From assembly GCA_023205875.1 (NCBI GenBank), contig CP060756.1, positions 930,001 to 994,000 on the forward strand: 64,000 nucleotides of DNA. The letters are read 5' to 3'. The stretch's first letter is position 1. Each line of letters starts with the position of its first letter. Of the stretch, positions 19,272 through 30,900 are shown piece by piece. This DNA is from Chloropicon primus (Eukaryota). The notes beneath the pieces are model-generated. The model had not been told where the DNA came from and did not search any database. It saw only the letters and a program-made list of their open reading frames with translations. The position numbers and the translations under genes were made by a program.

Positions 19272-20462
19272 CTACTTCTCCACGATCCTCTCCTCGACCA
19301 GGATCCCGGTGTGCCTGGCCTCCTCCCGAAACGAGCAGAGCAGCTTGGCGCCCGGCTCCAGGCGGGTCACCGGGAGGGCCTTCCAAGGGCCGCCGCCCTC
19401 AACCAGCTTGACCGTCTCTGCGTTCTGCAGGAAGACGGAGATCACGTCGCCCGAGCCGGGGACCTCCGCATCCACCCGGACGAGGGGCCTCTTCTCGATC
19501 TTCATCCTCCCGACCGTGGCCGTCCGGGTCTGGCCGTCGGGGGACACCACCAGCACCTGGTCCCCCGAGCCGAGCTCGCTCAGGTACGCCGTCCTGTCGT
19601 TCGGCATCTTCACGTACGAGTGCACCGGGCCGGCGTTCACCCGAAAGGGCCTCGAGTTGATGTAGTCCGTCGCATCGCACTCCGAGTGCACGAGGAACAA
19701 GCCCCGGCTGAAGGATCCGCAAAGGAGGCCCTCGCCCGGCTCGAGAACGCTGCAGAGGTCCACGCAGGCCCGGTCCCCCATGCCCTCGTACACCACCCGC
19801 GAAACCGTAGCTTCCACCAGATCCTCCGCCTCGCGGGCGCCCAGGAACCGCGCCACCTCGGAGATCTCGCCCGCCTCGTTCGTGTCCAGCAGGACGCCGT
19901 CCGTGCCGGCCTCCAGCACTGACAGCATCGTGATCGCCTCGCTGGCCGTCTTGGAGACCGAAAGCAGCTTGGAGCCCTTCATCCCCTTGGCCGCGATCAG
20001 GTTCTCCACGGGGATGACCTTCCATCCGTCCCCAGACTCTGGGTCGAAGGACACGAGGAAGGTGTCCAACACCGAGGACGCCGACAGCCTCGTGGCGAGG
20101 TTCGCGGTGTCAGCCGCGTCCTCCAGGAGGTGGACGGACGCGAAGTGCCGGCCGTCGGCCGTCTCCACGGCCCCACCCCTCCTGAAGAGGAGCCTGAGCT
20201 CCTCCCTGCTGAAGGCGGTGGATTCCAAGCACGACGCGACCCACTTCTCCCTCTCCTCCACGCCCCCCTCGTCCCCGCAGGCCTCGAACACGAACGTTTT
20301 CACGCCCAGCTCCAAGGCCTTCACCAGGGCGTCCTCCTTCGAGGTCTGGCACCACAGCTCCTTCCCCGGCGCCGACGACCACAACGCGGCCCTGCGCGAC
20401 CCCGACCGATGCTGACCCCGACCGATCCTGGCCCCTCTCCTCAGCCTCTGCCCCCCCCTCAT
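19272..20462 (-). CDS. 3-dehydroquinate synthase II family (archaeal-type AroB') protein with transit-peptide-like N-terminus
   Basis: WKVIPVENLIA, LEAGTDGVLL, GMGDRACVDLCS, SRPFRVNAGPVHSY, YLSEL, VGRMKIEKRPL, LQNAETV, ARHTG. Confidence 0.93.
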   Translation of the reverse strand: MRGGQRLRRGARIGRGQHRSGSRRAALWSSAPGKELWCQTSKEDALVKALELGVKTFVFEACGDEGGVEEREKWVASCLESTAFSREELRLLFRRGGAVETADGRHFASVHLLEDAADTANLATRLSASSVLDTFLVSFDPESGDGWKVIPVENLIAAKGMKGSKLLSVSKTASEAITMLSVLEAGTDGVLLDTNEAGEISEVARFLGAREAEDLVEATVSRVVYEGMGDRACVDLCSVLEPGEGLLCGSFSRGLFLVHSECDATDYINSRPFRVNAGPVHSYVKMPNDRTAYLSELGSGDQVLVVSPDGQTRTATVGRMKIEKRPLVRVDAEVPGSGDVISVFLQNAETVKLVEGGGPWKALPVTRLEPGAKLLCSFREEARHTGILVEERIVEK

Positions 20463-20808
20463 CCGAACCCTCTCTCAATCTCCAGTTCACCCCCCCCTCG
20501 TCATCCGAGCAAGCACGCACTCCCTTCGTCGCCACGTCAAGTCGAGTGGAGGGAGATTGTGAAGGTGAATTGCGAGGTGAGCTGACCCCCTTCGTCTTGG
20601 TCCCCCTTCGCCCACCAAACCCAACCAGGGAGGAGAACGAGAACGAGAACTCACTCAAACTCCCTTCCCTATCCAAAAACCAGAGACAGACAGAGTCAAG
20701 AAAAAGTGTACGAGTTTTGAGTCAAACCCAAACCTGCAAAGAAAAGAGGAGAGAGACTCGAGAGAGAGAGAGCGACTGGTTGTGAGGTTGTTGTGTGTTG
20801 TTGGGGCA

Positions 20809-23337
20809 ATGACGGAGACGGACGGGGAGAGGAAGGGGGGTGGGGACGCGACGTCGACGTCGGAGCGTGCGGCGCGCGAGCCCCTCATCAAGGCGCCCGA
20901 GAGGAAGACGAGGGAGACTGCGAACATGCCGAGCATCTCGTCCAAGCTCTCGGTGAAACATCGCAAGATACCGGAGAAGGGTTTGGTGGTCCACGAGTTC
21001 AACGGCGGCGTGTTCCCTGCGTCGGCTATTGGGGCGAAGATAAGCAAGGAGATAACGAGGCGGGAGAGGCCGACGAAGGCGACGGGAGGGAGCAGGGCGG
21101 CCGAGCTGAAGGCGTCGTCCTCGAGGGGATCGGAGGGGAGGGGGGCCCAGAGGAGGGCCCCGGACCACTTGAGGAGGGCCAAGGACAGGAATTCGAGGGG
21201 CTTCAGCAGCAGCAAGTCGGGGTCCCTGGCCGCCGGCGGGATCCCGGAGGCCAGCAAGGAGAGCCTCAACGCTGCCAGGGCCTGCCACAACCTCATGCCG
21301 AGGATTACCCAGGCGGACTACAAGATAGACGTTTGGCCCTCGAACAGGCCTCAGTCGAACTCTTACACGCCCACCACGGAGGTGAGCGCGTGGAACAACT
21401 CCACAAACACCGAGTTCAGGCAGACCGGGGACCAGAGCCTCCTGTCCCCCGGCAGGGTTGGCTTCCAGTCGATTCCTGGGTTCCTTTTGGAGATACAGGA
21501 GTTCATTCAGCAGGAGCTGGATATCTTGACCGACCTGGAGGTGCTGGACAGCGCGAGCTCCCTCGACATGAGGATCCACAGGCTGCAGACGTTCGCTCAA
21601 GTCTTCGACTGCATCATCGATAGGTTCCAGACGTACGGCCCCACGCTCGCCGTGGTGAAGAAGGAGTACGAGTCTTTCATTCAGTGGGCTCTCGAGGAGA
21701 ACCAGAGGGTCCACAAGCTGAGCACCAAGGTCACGAAGATGGAGGAGAGGCAGGCCAAGGAGATCCACGAGGTCCAAAAGCACGCGGCCGATGCCGTCAT
21801 AGAGAGGGAGGCACTCCTGAGCAAGGTCCAGCAGTACTCTGGGATGAAGTACGACATGTCGGAGGACCTCGAGAACTTGGAGTCCTCGAACGACGAGCTC
21901 AAGGACAAGGTGAAGAAGCTGCAGGAGATTCGTAACGTGCTCTTGGCGCAGATGGAGCGGCAGGAGAGGGAGATCGAGAACCTGAACCAGGAAGTCACCC
22001 TGAACGAGACGGAGAAGGTACGCATCGACAAGAAGTTCACCAAGGAGATCGAGGAGCTCAAGGCGGAGAACGAGCAGCTCCGTCAGGAGTTGAGGGACAT
22101 CGAGAGGGACAACAAGAACGCCGAGACCGATGCAGAGAATCGCATCAGGAAGCTTGCGAAGATCAACGAGGACCTCGAGGAGGAGATGGAAGAGAAGGAC
22201 AGAAGATTGGCAGAATCCGAAGAGCTTGTGCGGGCTCACACGCCAAAGCCCGACTGGAGCGACATTCTCGAGGGCGAGGAGAACTTGCAGGGAAGGGTGG
22301 CGGACTGCACGAGCACCAAGTCCGCAATTCAGCTCATTGTGGACACGTACGTCACTGGGCTTCACGTGGCGTCCAGGCACACGACCGGAGAGGAGCCTTG
22401 GATCCGCCAGTTCTTCGAGGGCATGGGATCCGACAGGGAGGTGCCCAAATTCTTGCGGCACAGTGGCAAGGTCAGGAACAGGTTCTTGTCCAAGAATGAC
22501 ACGGAGCTCCTCATTCGCGACATCTGGCAGCAGAAGGAGAAGTTCAACAGGAAAGAGTCCCTGGCCGAGCACGTGTTCTGGTACCTCAAGAACAAGTTTG
22601 GCATTCACCAAACGATCGTCGAGAACGGGTACAACTTGTTTTATGCACTCCAAAAGTACCAAGATGACCCCGACATTGAGCTCTTCCAGTCGGTCCTCAA
22701 CGGCCAAGCGTCCGAGGATGTCTACTACGAGGAGAAGAAGCTTCTTAAGGACATCATCACGGTGTGCGAGTCCCATGACATCAAGGAGACGGGCAAGGTC
22801 ACCGGAAGCTTGCCCAAGGAAGATTTCAAGACCATCATCTCCGAGTTCTTCGAGGACAAGCCGAGGAAGGCCGTGGAGTCCCTCTTCCAAGCCCTCGAGG
22901 AGGACGAGCCGGGACCTATGGTCAAGTACAAGAACCTCTTCGCAGATGACAGGGACTTGAGGCAAAGCACTTTTGCGGAGATGTTGAGGTTCCAGCACCT
23001 CAACGCGAGGAAGAAGTACTTGAGCGAGCTCGAGCGGATCCTGAAGGAGAACGCCCAGGAGGACCACGTGAGCATCGGCGACATGAGGAGGGCGATCCTG
23101 AACATCGATCCCGCCAAGGACGAGGACGAGCTGCGGGACATGATCGCGAGGGCGACCAAGGTTCCTTACCAGGAGCTCTTCACGAACCAGGAGTTCAAGA
23201 AGGACGGCGTCACCATGTTCCCCGTCAAGCTGTTCATGAAGAACCTCAAGGAAGGCACGGGCGTGGTGCGGAGCGTCAAGAGGGAAAGGAACAGGGTGAA
23301 GTCGACCATCGTGATGATGGAGACGAAGTCTCAATGA
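20809..23337 (+). CDS. TSNAXIP1-like coiled-coil (ciliary/axonemal) protein
   Basis: FDCIIDRFQTYGPTLAVVKKEYE, long coiled coil, TPKPDW, FFEGMG...VPKFLR...VRNRFLSK...IRDIW, then EF-hand-like C-terminus. Confidence 0.75.
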   Translation: MTETDGERKGGGDATSTSERAAREPLIKAPERKTRETANMPSISSKLSVKHRKIPEKGLVVHEFNGGVFPASAIGAKISKEITRRERPTKATGGSRAAELKASSSRGSEGRGAQRRAPDHLRRAKDRNSRGFSSSKSGSLAAGGIPEASKESLNAARACHNLMPRITQADYKIDVWPSNRPQSNSYTPTTEVSAWNNSTNTEFRQTGDQSLLSPGRVGFQSIPGFLLEIQEFIQQELDILTDLEVLDSASSLDMRIHRLQTFAQVFDCIIDRFQTYGPTLAVVKKEYESFIQWALEENQRVHKLSTKVTKMEERQAKEIHEVQKHAADAVIEREALLSKVQQYSGMKYDMSEDLENLESSNDELKDKVKKLQEIRNVLLAQMERQEREIENLNQEVTLNETEKVRIDKKFTKEIEELKAENEQLRQELRDIERDNKNAETDAENRIRKLAKINEDLEEEMEEKDRRLAESEELVRAHTPKPDWSDILEGEENLQGRVADCTSTKSAIQLIVDTYVTGLHVASRHTTGEEPWIRQFFEGMGSDREVPKFLRHSGKVRNRFLSKNDTELLIRDIWQQKEKFNRKESLAEHVFWYLKNKFGIHQTIVENGYNLFYALQKYQDDPDIELFQSVLNGQASEDVYYEEKKLLKDIITVCESHDIKETGKVTGSLPKEDFKTIISEFFEDKPRKAVESLFQALEEDEPGPMVKYKNLFADDRDLRQSTFAEMLRFQHLNARKKYLSELERILKENAQEDHVSIGDMRRAILNIDPAKDEDELRDMIARATKVPYQELFTNQEFKKDGVTMFPVKLFMKNLKEGTGVVRSVKRERNRVKSTIVMMETKSQ

Positions 23338-23387
23338 AGTCTAAAACACACACATACATTTTCTAAAACATAGCTTAGGATTGTCGG

Positions 23388-23420
23388 TGAATCTTGGATG
23401 AATCTTGGATGAACCTTGGA
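23388..23420. repeat. Three tandem 11-mers TGAA(T/C)CTTGGA upstream of ABCG
   Basis: TGAATCTTGGA TGAATCTTGGA TGAACCTTGGA, ending 60 nt before ATG 23480. Confidence 0.9.
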
Positions 23421-23479
23421 GGGGAGACAGACGTCCCCTGGCGACGGGAGGGGTGTGTGTGTGACAAGAGGAGGCCAAG

Positions 23480-25539
23480 ATGACGGTCGAGGAGGGCGGG
23501 AACTTTGTAAAGGGCAACGAACATCTTGGCAAGAGGGCGGACTCAATATTCACCTTCTCCGACTGCAGATATGTCATCAAAGGCAAAGAGGTGAGTTGGT
23601 TGATCTGTATGCGACGACGTCATGAACACGTGGTTCCCTTTACTGACGGGTATCTTTTGTCTCTGCTCCCGTCGTGCGAAAACAGATCCTCAAAGGACTG
23701 TCGGGGACGGTCAAGTCCGGAGAGGTCTTGGCGATCGTTGGGCCTTCCGGGGCGGGGAAGACGATGCTGATGAATGTGTTTTCGCTGAAGTCGGGCCCGG
23801 GAAGGAGGGAGGGACGGGTCACCCTCAACTCGAGGGACGTGACCCTGAGCAAGTTCAAGAAATACTTTTCTGTCGTGGAGCAGCAGGACAACCACTGGGC
23901 TTACCTCACTCCGCGCGAGGCCATCACGCTGGCGACGGAGCTTCAGCACACCTACTCTGCTGAGCAAACGGTTCAAATAGTCGACTCCCTCATCGAGAAC
24001 ATGGGTTTAACGGGCTGTCAGAACACCAGGGTCGGGAATCAGTTTATTCAGGGCCTCAGTGGGGGCCAGAAGCGAAGGCTTTCGCTTGCGATAGCGCTGG
24101 TCAAGAAGCCTTGCGTGATCTTGCTGGACGAGCCCACGTCGGGTTTGGACGCAGCGGCTGCGACAAGTATCATGTCCTTCTTCAAGGACCTTGCTCAGAA
24201 CTTGAACATCGTCATAGCGTGCACGATCCACCAGCCGTCGACCAAGGTGTATAACGGCTTTGATCTCGCCATGGTGCTCACTGGGGGAAGGTCCGCCTTC
24301 TTCGGCCCCGCCTCGTTCCTCGGGGACTACCTCCAGCTGATCGACAGGCCCATCCCAAGGAACAGCAACCCGGCCGAGCACGTGCTGGATCTTGTCAATC
24401 GCGAGTTCACGAGTCCGAAAGAGGTGGATTACATGATTGACAGCTGGAAAGCCTACAGCGACAAAGAGACGAGGAATCCCGATTCGTACCTCCACAAGAT
24501 TGCCGAGGAGATTGCCAACCAGAAGAAGGGAAGAGGGGGATCTCTGCCGGAGCCAGAGCCAAGCCCAGGCGCCCTGTCCCAGGTGGGGACCCTTTTGAAG
24601 AGGCAAACGATACTGACGATTCGCGATCCGATCATGTACTTTGGGAGAGCTGTTGCTTTCCTCGTTGCTTGCACCTTCTTCTCCTTCGTCTATCTCGAGT
24701 CCAGGGAGAGGACACAAAGTCAAGCTCCGTACAAGCTGTTTTTGTTCATGTGGCATATAGGCGTTCCGTGTGCCTTGGGCGTTGTCGCCGTCATCGCTTA
24801 CAACATGGAATTCGTCTCGATCAAAAGGGAGGTGAAGCAAGGGCAGTACTCGCCAAGCTCCTACGTCTTCGCTTCCAGCATTCTCCAGTTGCCCATGATG
24901 TTCGTCTTGGGGATCGCGGCCCTCACCGTCGGCGGGTACTGCGTTAGCCTTTACCACGTTCCGATGTACGGCCAGATGCTGATGTTGTATGCCTCCACGC
25001 TCTGGACCTTTGAGAGCATGGCCCAGCTTTTCGCCGTGCAGTTCCCCAACCCTCTGCTCGGAATGCTGGCATACATGAATCTCTGGTTCTCCTCCTTCTT
25101 GTTTTGTGGAATCATGGTGCCTGAGGCGGACGTTCCCTGGCCCTTGAAAGTTTTCTGCTACATCCTTCCTTTGAAGTACTTTTTGAAGAGTGCGATGCAT
25201 ACCGACCTTCACGAGACCACGTTCCGCGGAGCGATGTTGGACTCGGAAGATCCACGAGGATTCTCTTGCCGAAACGCGACAGGGGACCAAGGGGCGGGCG
25301 CCGAGAGCTCCTTGGCTTGTTATGGCTACACAGGCCACCAGGTGTTGGATTCCGTGGGAGTGACTTACAGGTCCATCGAATCAAAGAGCACCTACGTTGA
25401 AGACCTGTTGATCATCCTAGCCATTGGAATACTCTTCAAGGTCATGGGAACTTTAGTGACCATCACCGCGTGCCGGGCCCAGAAGGGGCTTTCGAAGCCC
25501 TCCAAAGAGTCGAGCACAGAGGAAGAGGAAACGACTTAG
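23480..25539 (+). CDS. ABCG half-transporter (White/WBC type); exons 23480-23590 and 23686-25539
   Basis: Walker A GPSGAGKT, signature LSGGQKRR, LDEPTSGLD, TIHQPS, NPAE; C-terminal ABC2 membrane domain; GTGAGT...ACAG intron in phase 0. Confidence 0.95.
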
Positions 25540-25633
25540 CGCTCACAGCACACGCCGGCATTATGTAATTTAATAATCAATTCTTCTATTTCACTTTTTA
25601 GTATTCCACTACTGTTTTACAAGCAAAAAATTT

Positions 25634-27244
25634 TCATCCTCGATTCCTGCCATCCGTAATCTTCTTCAAGTAGAACGACATCAAGGATGCCCCAAAGCAA
25701 AGGCCGGCCATAATGAGGAAAGTCGAGCCAAAGCACTTTCCTCCCTTGCACACGAAGTGTGCTTCGCCGTCCTTTGGCATGTAATAGTTGTACATTGCGC
25801 TCGACAAGAGCGTGCTGAAAAAGGTGGACCCCAACATGGGCGCAAACATGGCCGTCCCCAACAGCTTTCCAAAGTTCTCTTGTCCGTAGAGATCGGCAAG
25901 AGTCACGGGCATCAGCGTCGAGCTCGCTCCGAACGTCGTCCCGCATACTAGACAGGAAAGATACAAGAGATTCAGACTTGGGATGGCTAGCGCCAGCATG
26001 TTCACCATCATTACAACGGAGATAAAGAGCACGAAGGTTGCCTTGGACCACACGTTCGAGTACAGGTCGGAGCAAATCCCGATGAGAGCTCTCCCCAAGC
26101 AATTTCCTACCGATAACAATACCACGTAGGAGTCTCTCGCGCCACTCTCGCCGTCCAGGGCCTCGACCAGCTCGCCGACGTTGTTGAACAGGGTGATTCC
26201 GGCTCCCTGGACGATAACCATGACGGTGAAGAGGAGCCAAAACTCTTTGCTCCTCATCACCTCTGCGTACTCCAGCGCTGGCTCAGGCTGGACCTGGACC
26301 ATCGGAAGCAAGGTCGCGTCCTGCATCTCCTTGTCTTCATCCTCCTCCTCAAGGTCGCTGAGTTTCAGCTCGTGTGACTTTGTGAGCCCAAGCCCAAGCT
26401 TCCTGCCGATCGATCCTGGAACCTTGGTTGGAAAGTAAAGAACTCCACAAAAGGCGATCAAAATGATAAGCACATTACCTAGGATTGGATAGCTCGCGTC
26501 CTTTTGGAAGATTGAACTAGAACTGACGTAGACAACGAGCGCGCCGAGGAGGCCATACCCAAAGAAGCATATCCTCGCCCTCTCCTCCAGGGTAAGCGGC
26601 TTGACGTCCGCCTTAGGCGAGACATTCGCAGTGTGCAAAGTTGCGAGAGCGCCCGCCGGCAGCCCTATCGCCATCATTAGCATGAAGGAAGAAATGTTAG
26701 GCCTGAAGTAGCTCTGGTACAGAACTGTAATAACGCTCGCCGAGATTCCCCAGAAACCTTTGAGCAAGCCCACTATCAACCCTTTATCGGGGGCGAAGTT
26801 CTTGGTCGCCATCGGCAGTGCCGAGCCGTCCCAAAACCCGCCCCCGTTCTGCGCCATAAAGGTTCCGAGACAAAGCATAGGTACCGACGTTTCGATTCTC
26901 CCCGTCAAGACGAGGTACAAGATAAAATAGCCCGTCGCGGTGAGGGCGGAGCCCACGAGAATACCATTAGAAGGTCCGTACCTATCAAATATGTATCCCG
27001 CCGGCAAGAGCAACCACGCCCCGAGGTTCCCCGAGGTCCCTATCACTTGGACCTCCTCCTGCCTCAGCCCGAGCTGGTGAAGCTTCCCCGAGTACACGGA
27101 AAATGCGTACACCCCGCCGCCCAAAAGTTCCAGGTAGAGCGCCGACAGCAAGCTCCCGAACCGGCGGTAGTCATGTCCAATCCTTTCGAAGCCCCCCTTC
27201 CCCCCCTTCCCCACCGCGCTGTACTCGACACCCTTCGTAGCCAT
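25634..27244 (-). CDS. MFS transporter, nodulin-like/NFD4 family
   Basis: YAFSVYS, KNF...KGLIVGLLKGFWGIS, NNVGELV, NCLGR, CKGGKCF; many hydrophobic segments. First ATG at 27244. Confidence 0.9.
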   Translation of the reverse strand: MATKGVEYSAVGKGGKGGFERIGHDYRRFGSLLSALYLELLGGGVYAFSVYSGKLHQLGLRQEEVQVIGTSGNLGAWLLLPAGYIFDRYGPSNGILVGSALTATGYFILYLVLTGRIETSVPMLCLGTFMAQNGGGFWDGSALPMATKNFAPDKGLIVGLLKGFWGISASVITVLYQSYFRPNISSFMLMMAIGLPAGALATLHTANVSPKADVKPLTLEERARICFFGYGLLGALVVYVSSSSIFQKDASYPILGNVLIILIAFCGVLYFPTKVPGSIGRKLGLGLTKSHELKLSDLEEEDEDKEMQDATLLPMVQVQPEPALEYAEVMRSKEFWLLFTVMVIVQGAGITLFNNVGELVEALDGESGARDSYVVLLSVGNCLGRALIGICSDLYSNVWSKATFVLFISVVMMVNMLALAIPSLNLLYLSCLVCGTTFGASSTLMPVTLADLYGQENFGKLLGTAMFAPMLGSTFFSTLLSSAMYNYYMPKDGEAHFVCKGGKCFGSTFLIMAGLCFGASLMSFYLKKITDGRNRG

Positions 27245-27901
27245 GCGCTTCCGTTTCGTTTGTGTTTGTTTCTCCCATTTTTCGGCGGCCGTAGTGGGGG
27301 AAGCGAGACAATTGGCTCCTTCCGGTGACACGTGGATCACGTCGTAAAAATCGTTATGCTATAGTAAACGCCTTGCTTTGACACTATTCTCGACTTCCTG
27401 TTCTATTTTTGGAGCACCAAGTTCCCACGACCTCACGGGCGGGTCGTACGTCCCCTCTCACCTCCAACGCTAATCCCTTGTTGGCCCACCAAGGCCGCGG
27501 TCCCCTCCCTCCTACGTCAGCCGAGCACATGGCCACCTAATACGCTCGCCCAATCAGGACTTTTTCCCAAGATCTTTCTTTCCAACGGAAAAGAAACGAA
27601 AGGAAAACCTTTCTTTCTTTCCTGAAAAACACCTAAAAAGAAATCCTAAAGTATACTTGGAAATTGTGAACGATCTCTTTTTTTGAATTTGGACTCCCGA
27701 CAACGGCTAGTCTCCACTGGAGGCTCCAAGACGCTGCCTTGGAATTGTGGGGACAGCTGAAAAAACCTGCAGACGGAGGAGGACTCGACTCTCGTGGGGT
27801 CCTGCAGACCTGGAACCATTGTTGGATCAGGGAGGATTGTCGGGTGACCCACCCCCGCCGCATTATTCGTGTATTGAGCTGGCACACACAGCGCCTGTGT
27901 C

Positions 27902-30900
27902 ATGAACAGCATACGGTTGAACCGGAAGTTGGTGTCCTTCGAGGCCTTCAGCAGCGAGCTGGCGGAGAGGGTGCACAGGCCACTGCTGAGGAGCAAGAGG
28001 GGGAAGCACTTGTCCTCCCACGACTCGACCAAGTTGCACATTGCGTCCGAGGTGCTGGCGCACGTCCTCCAGCACTTGAATGAGAGCAAGGGGGCCTCCG
28101 TCTCGAGCGTGTTCGGCGCGGTGAAGGAACAGAAGCTCAGGGAGTTGTACGTCTTGTTCCTGAAGGAGTTTCGGGACAATGGCCTATTCGACGACAGGAA
28201 TCAGAGGGAGGGGAAGTTCACGAAAGTGTGGGGCGCCAGCTTCAGCGAGAAGGGCCTGAGTTACTCTCTCCCCCTCGTGCAAAAGCTCTTGGGCGAGCTG
28301 GAGGATCCCCTCATGACGAGAGTCGAGTACACGGCCTTCCTCACCGCGGTACGGATACCCGAGAGCAAGTCCCGGCACTTTGTGCTCCGGCTGCTGCTCG
28401 ACAAGCTCGCGGCCCAGAAACTCGAGGTGCTCCGGCTCCTGGTCGCCGTCTTGCAGAGAGTGAGCCTGGAGGAGGAAGGTACCGACGAGGAGGAGGTGAG
28501 GGAAGTCATCGAAAAGTGCGGCAGGGTGATCTTCCAGTCCACCGAGGTGAACTCCGACAGGACCATCATCAACAAGTCCGACATTCTGGCAGCCGAGACG
28601 TGCCTGAAAATGCTGCTGGAGGAGGGGCAGATCATGCTCCAGGAAGGGGACAGGGCGACCAAGAGCAGGCAGAGGCTGACCGAGTCGACCCGGGCCGACC
28701 CTCCCAGGAGACCCGATCCGCCTTCCCGCCTTCGCCGAAGAACGAGCTTTTGGGGCAACCCAAAGTCTTCCTCGTACTCTGCCATGCACATGAAGCGGGT
28801 TCTCCTGCACAAGGCGGACGCCCAAGCGAACAGCGAGAGGGCGGCAAGAAGACCGGCAAGGGTGTCGTCGTCAGCCGAAAAGCAAGCCACTGGAACGGGC
28901 AAGGAGAACTTGGGATCGCCGCCGTACGGCTCGGGGGACGGCGCAAGCTTTGAGATCTCGGAGGCAAACCTCGGGAAAATTCGGAGGTACTTTCTCAAGA
29001 CCCCCACGACCTTGATATCAAAGACAAGGTCGCAAGAGAAGAGGACAGGCACGGCGAAGGCTCTCGCGCATTCGCTCAAGGGTCTCAGCCCAAGGATGGG
29101 GTCCCCGGGCCAGTGTGACCCAAAGAGGGCTCTGAAGGCTCTGTCCTCATCGCCGGGCGGAGCGAGGGGCAGCCCCAGCAGCCCCACGGGCCTCGAAGGA
29201 GACTCCCAGACGGCCTTGAATGTGATCGACCCAAAGGAGTACTCAAAGTACCTCGTCGGGTTGCCCAAGGAAGTCCTTGACAAGATCAAGCACCTCTCGG
29301 CGACTGCTGTTGCTCGGAGCTGCGAGAGCAGCCCAGGCTCAAGCACTTGCACAGACTTGTCGGGCATGTTGGAAAAGATTGATCAGCTGATGAGCTCGCC
29401 GGAGGGCGACGAGACTTCCAGCGGGAGGTCCTCGCTGAGTCCAGGCAGGTTGAAGTCCATGCTGGCCGAGCTTACGAACTCTCCAGAGGCTTCGGCGAGC
29501 TCTTTGAGCGGTAAAAAAGGCGACAGCGATTCCAAGCAAAGGGGGAGTGGTGGTGGCTCGCCCGGAGCGGTGGCTGCCAAGAACGCATCACCTGGAACCC
29601 GAGCCAAGGCACAGCCAGGAAAGCCTGGGGACGGGGCGACAGCCCCACCGCCACCGCCACCGCCACCGCCACCGCTGCCAGCAGGAAAGAGCTCTGCTCC
29701 CCCGCCACCGCCACCGCCACCTCCACCGCCTCCCGGAGCCAAGGGCAACATTCCACCACCGCCACCGCCTCCCGGAGGATGGAAGAACGGAGGACCCCCT
29801 CCCCCTCCCCCTCCCCCAGGAGGGTGGAAGAACGGTGGTCCACCGCCACCACCACCTCCGCCAGGCGCAGGCAACAAAGGATTGGCCAGGCCCAATCCAG
29901 TCGTAAAGGCCGTAAAGAAAATGAAGGCGTTACACTGGCAGAAGCTGCACAAGACGAAGACCAAGAAGACGGTGTGGGAGACCGAGAGGGAAGAGTTGGA
30001 CTTGGACGTGCAGGAGCTTGAGAGCTTGTTCTCTCTCGCTGACAAGCCCGAGAAAAAGCTGGAGAAGAAGAAGAGCACCAAGGTGCATTTGGTTGGTCTG
30101 AAGAGGTCGCACAACATCTCGATCGAGCTCTCCGGGATGAAGCTGGACTTCTCCAAGATCAGAGACTCTTTGCTGGACATGGACGACTCCAAGTTTACGC
30201 TCGAGCAGCTCCACGTGCTGAAGAGATCAGTTCCCACGGACCAGGAGGCGACCAAGTTGAGAAATTACACTGGGGACAAGAGCAAGCTGGGCCAAGTCGA
30301 GTTGTACTTCATGGAAGTCATGTCCATACCAAGGCTGGAAAACAGGATAGACTCGCTGATTTACAAGAAAACGTTCGTGTCCTGCGTCGACAAGCTCAAG
30401 GAGGAGCTGAACGTGCTGAAGCAAGCTTCTAGCCAGGTCCTGAGCTCGAACAGCTTGAAGCTTATCCTGGAGGGCGTCCTGGCCGTCGGGAACTACTTGA
30501 ACACGGGCACGGCAAGGGGGTCCGCTGCCGGTTTCAAGATCGAATCTTTGTTGAAGTTGAAAGACATCAAGGGCAAGGACCGGAAGACCTCGCTGCTTCA
30601 CTTCATCGTCAAAGAGCTGGTCAAGAAGAACGACAAGGTCAGGTTCTTCACCGCTGAGATCGACAAGGTGGACACCGCCTCCAAGTTCCAGAAGGACTAC
30701 GTGTCCCTCACATTGCAGCAGCTGTCGTCCCAGCAAAGCAAGTTGAAAGAAGAAATACTGCATTCGTCCGTGGTTCTGGACGAGACCTCAGACCTGAACG
30801 ACAGGTTCAGGGACGTTATGGTCCCGTTCGCGGAAGATTCCGAGGAGACTCTGACTTGCATGAAGAGCATTCTTGACGACACCATGGGAAACCTCGCGAA

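Noticed and set aside
20801..20814. TTGGGGCAATGACG resembles the 5' part of plant U4 snRNA
   Set aside because: The similarity does not extend and overlaps the start codon of a long CDS.
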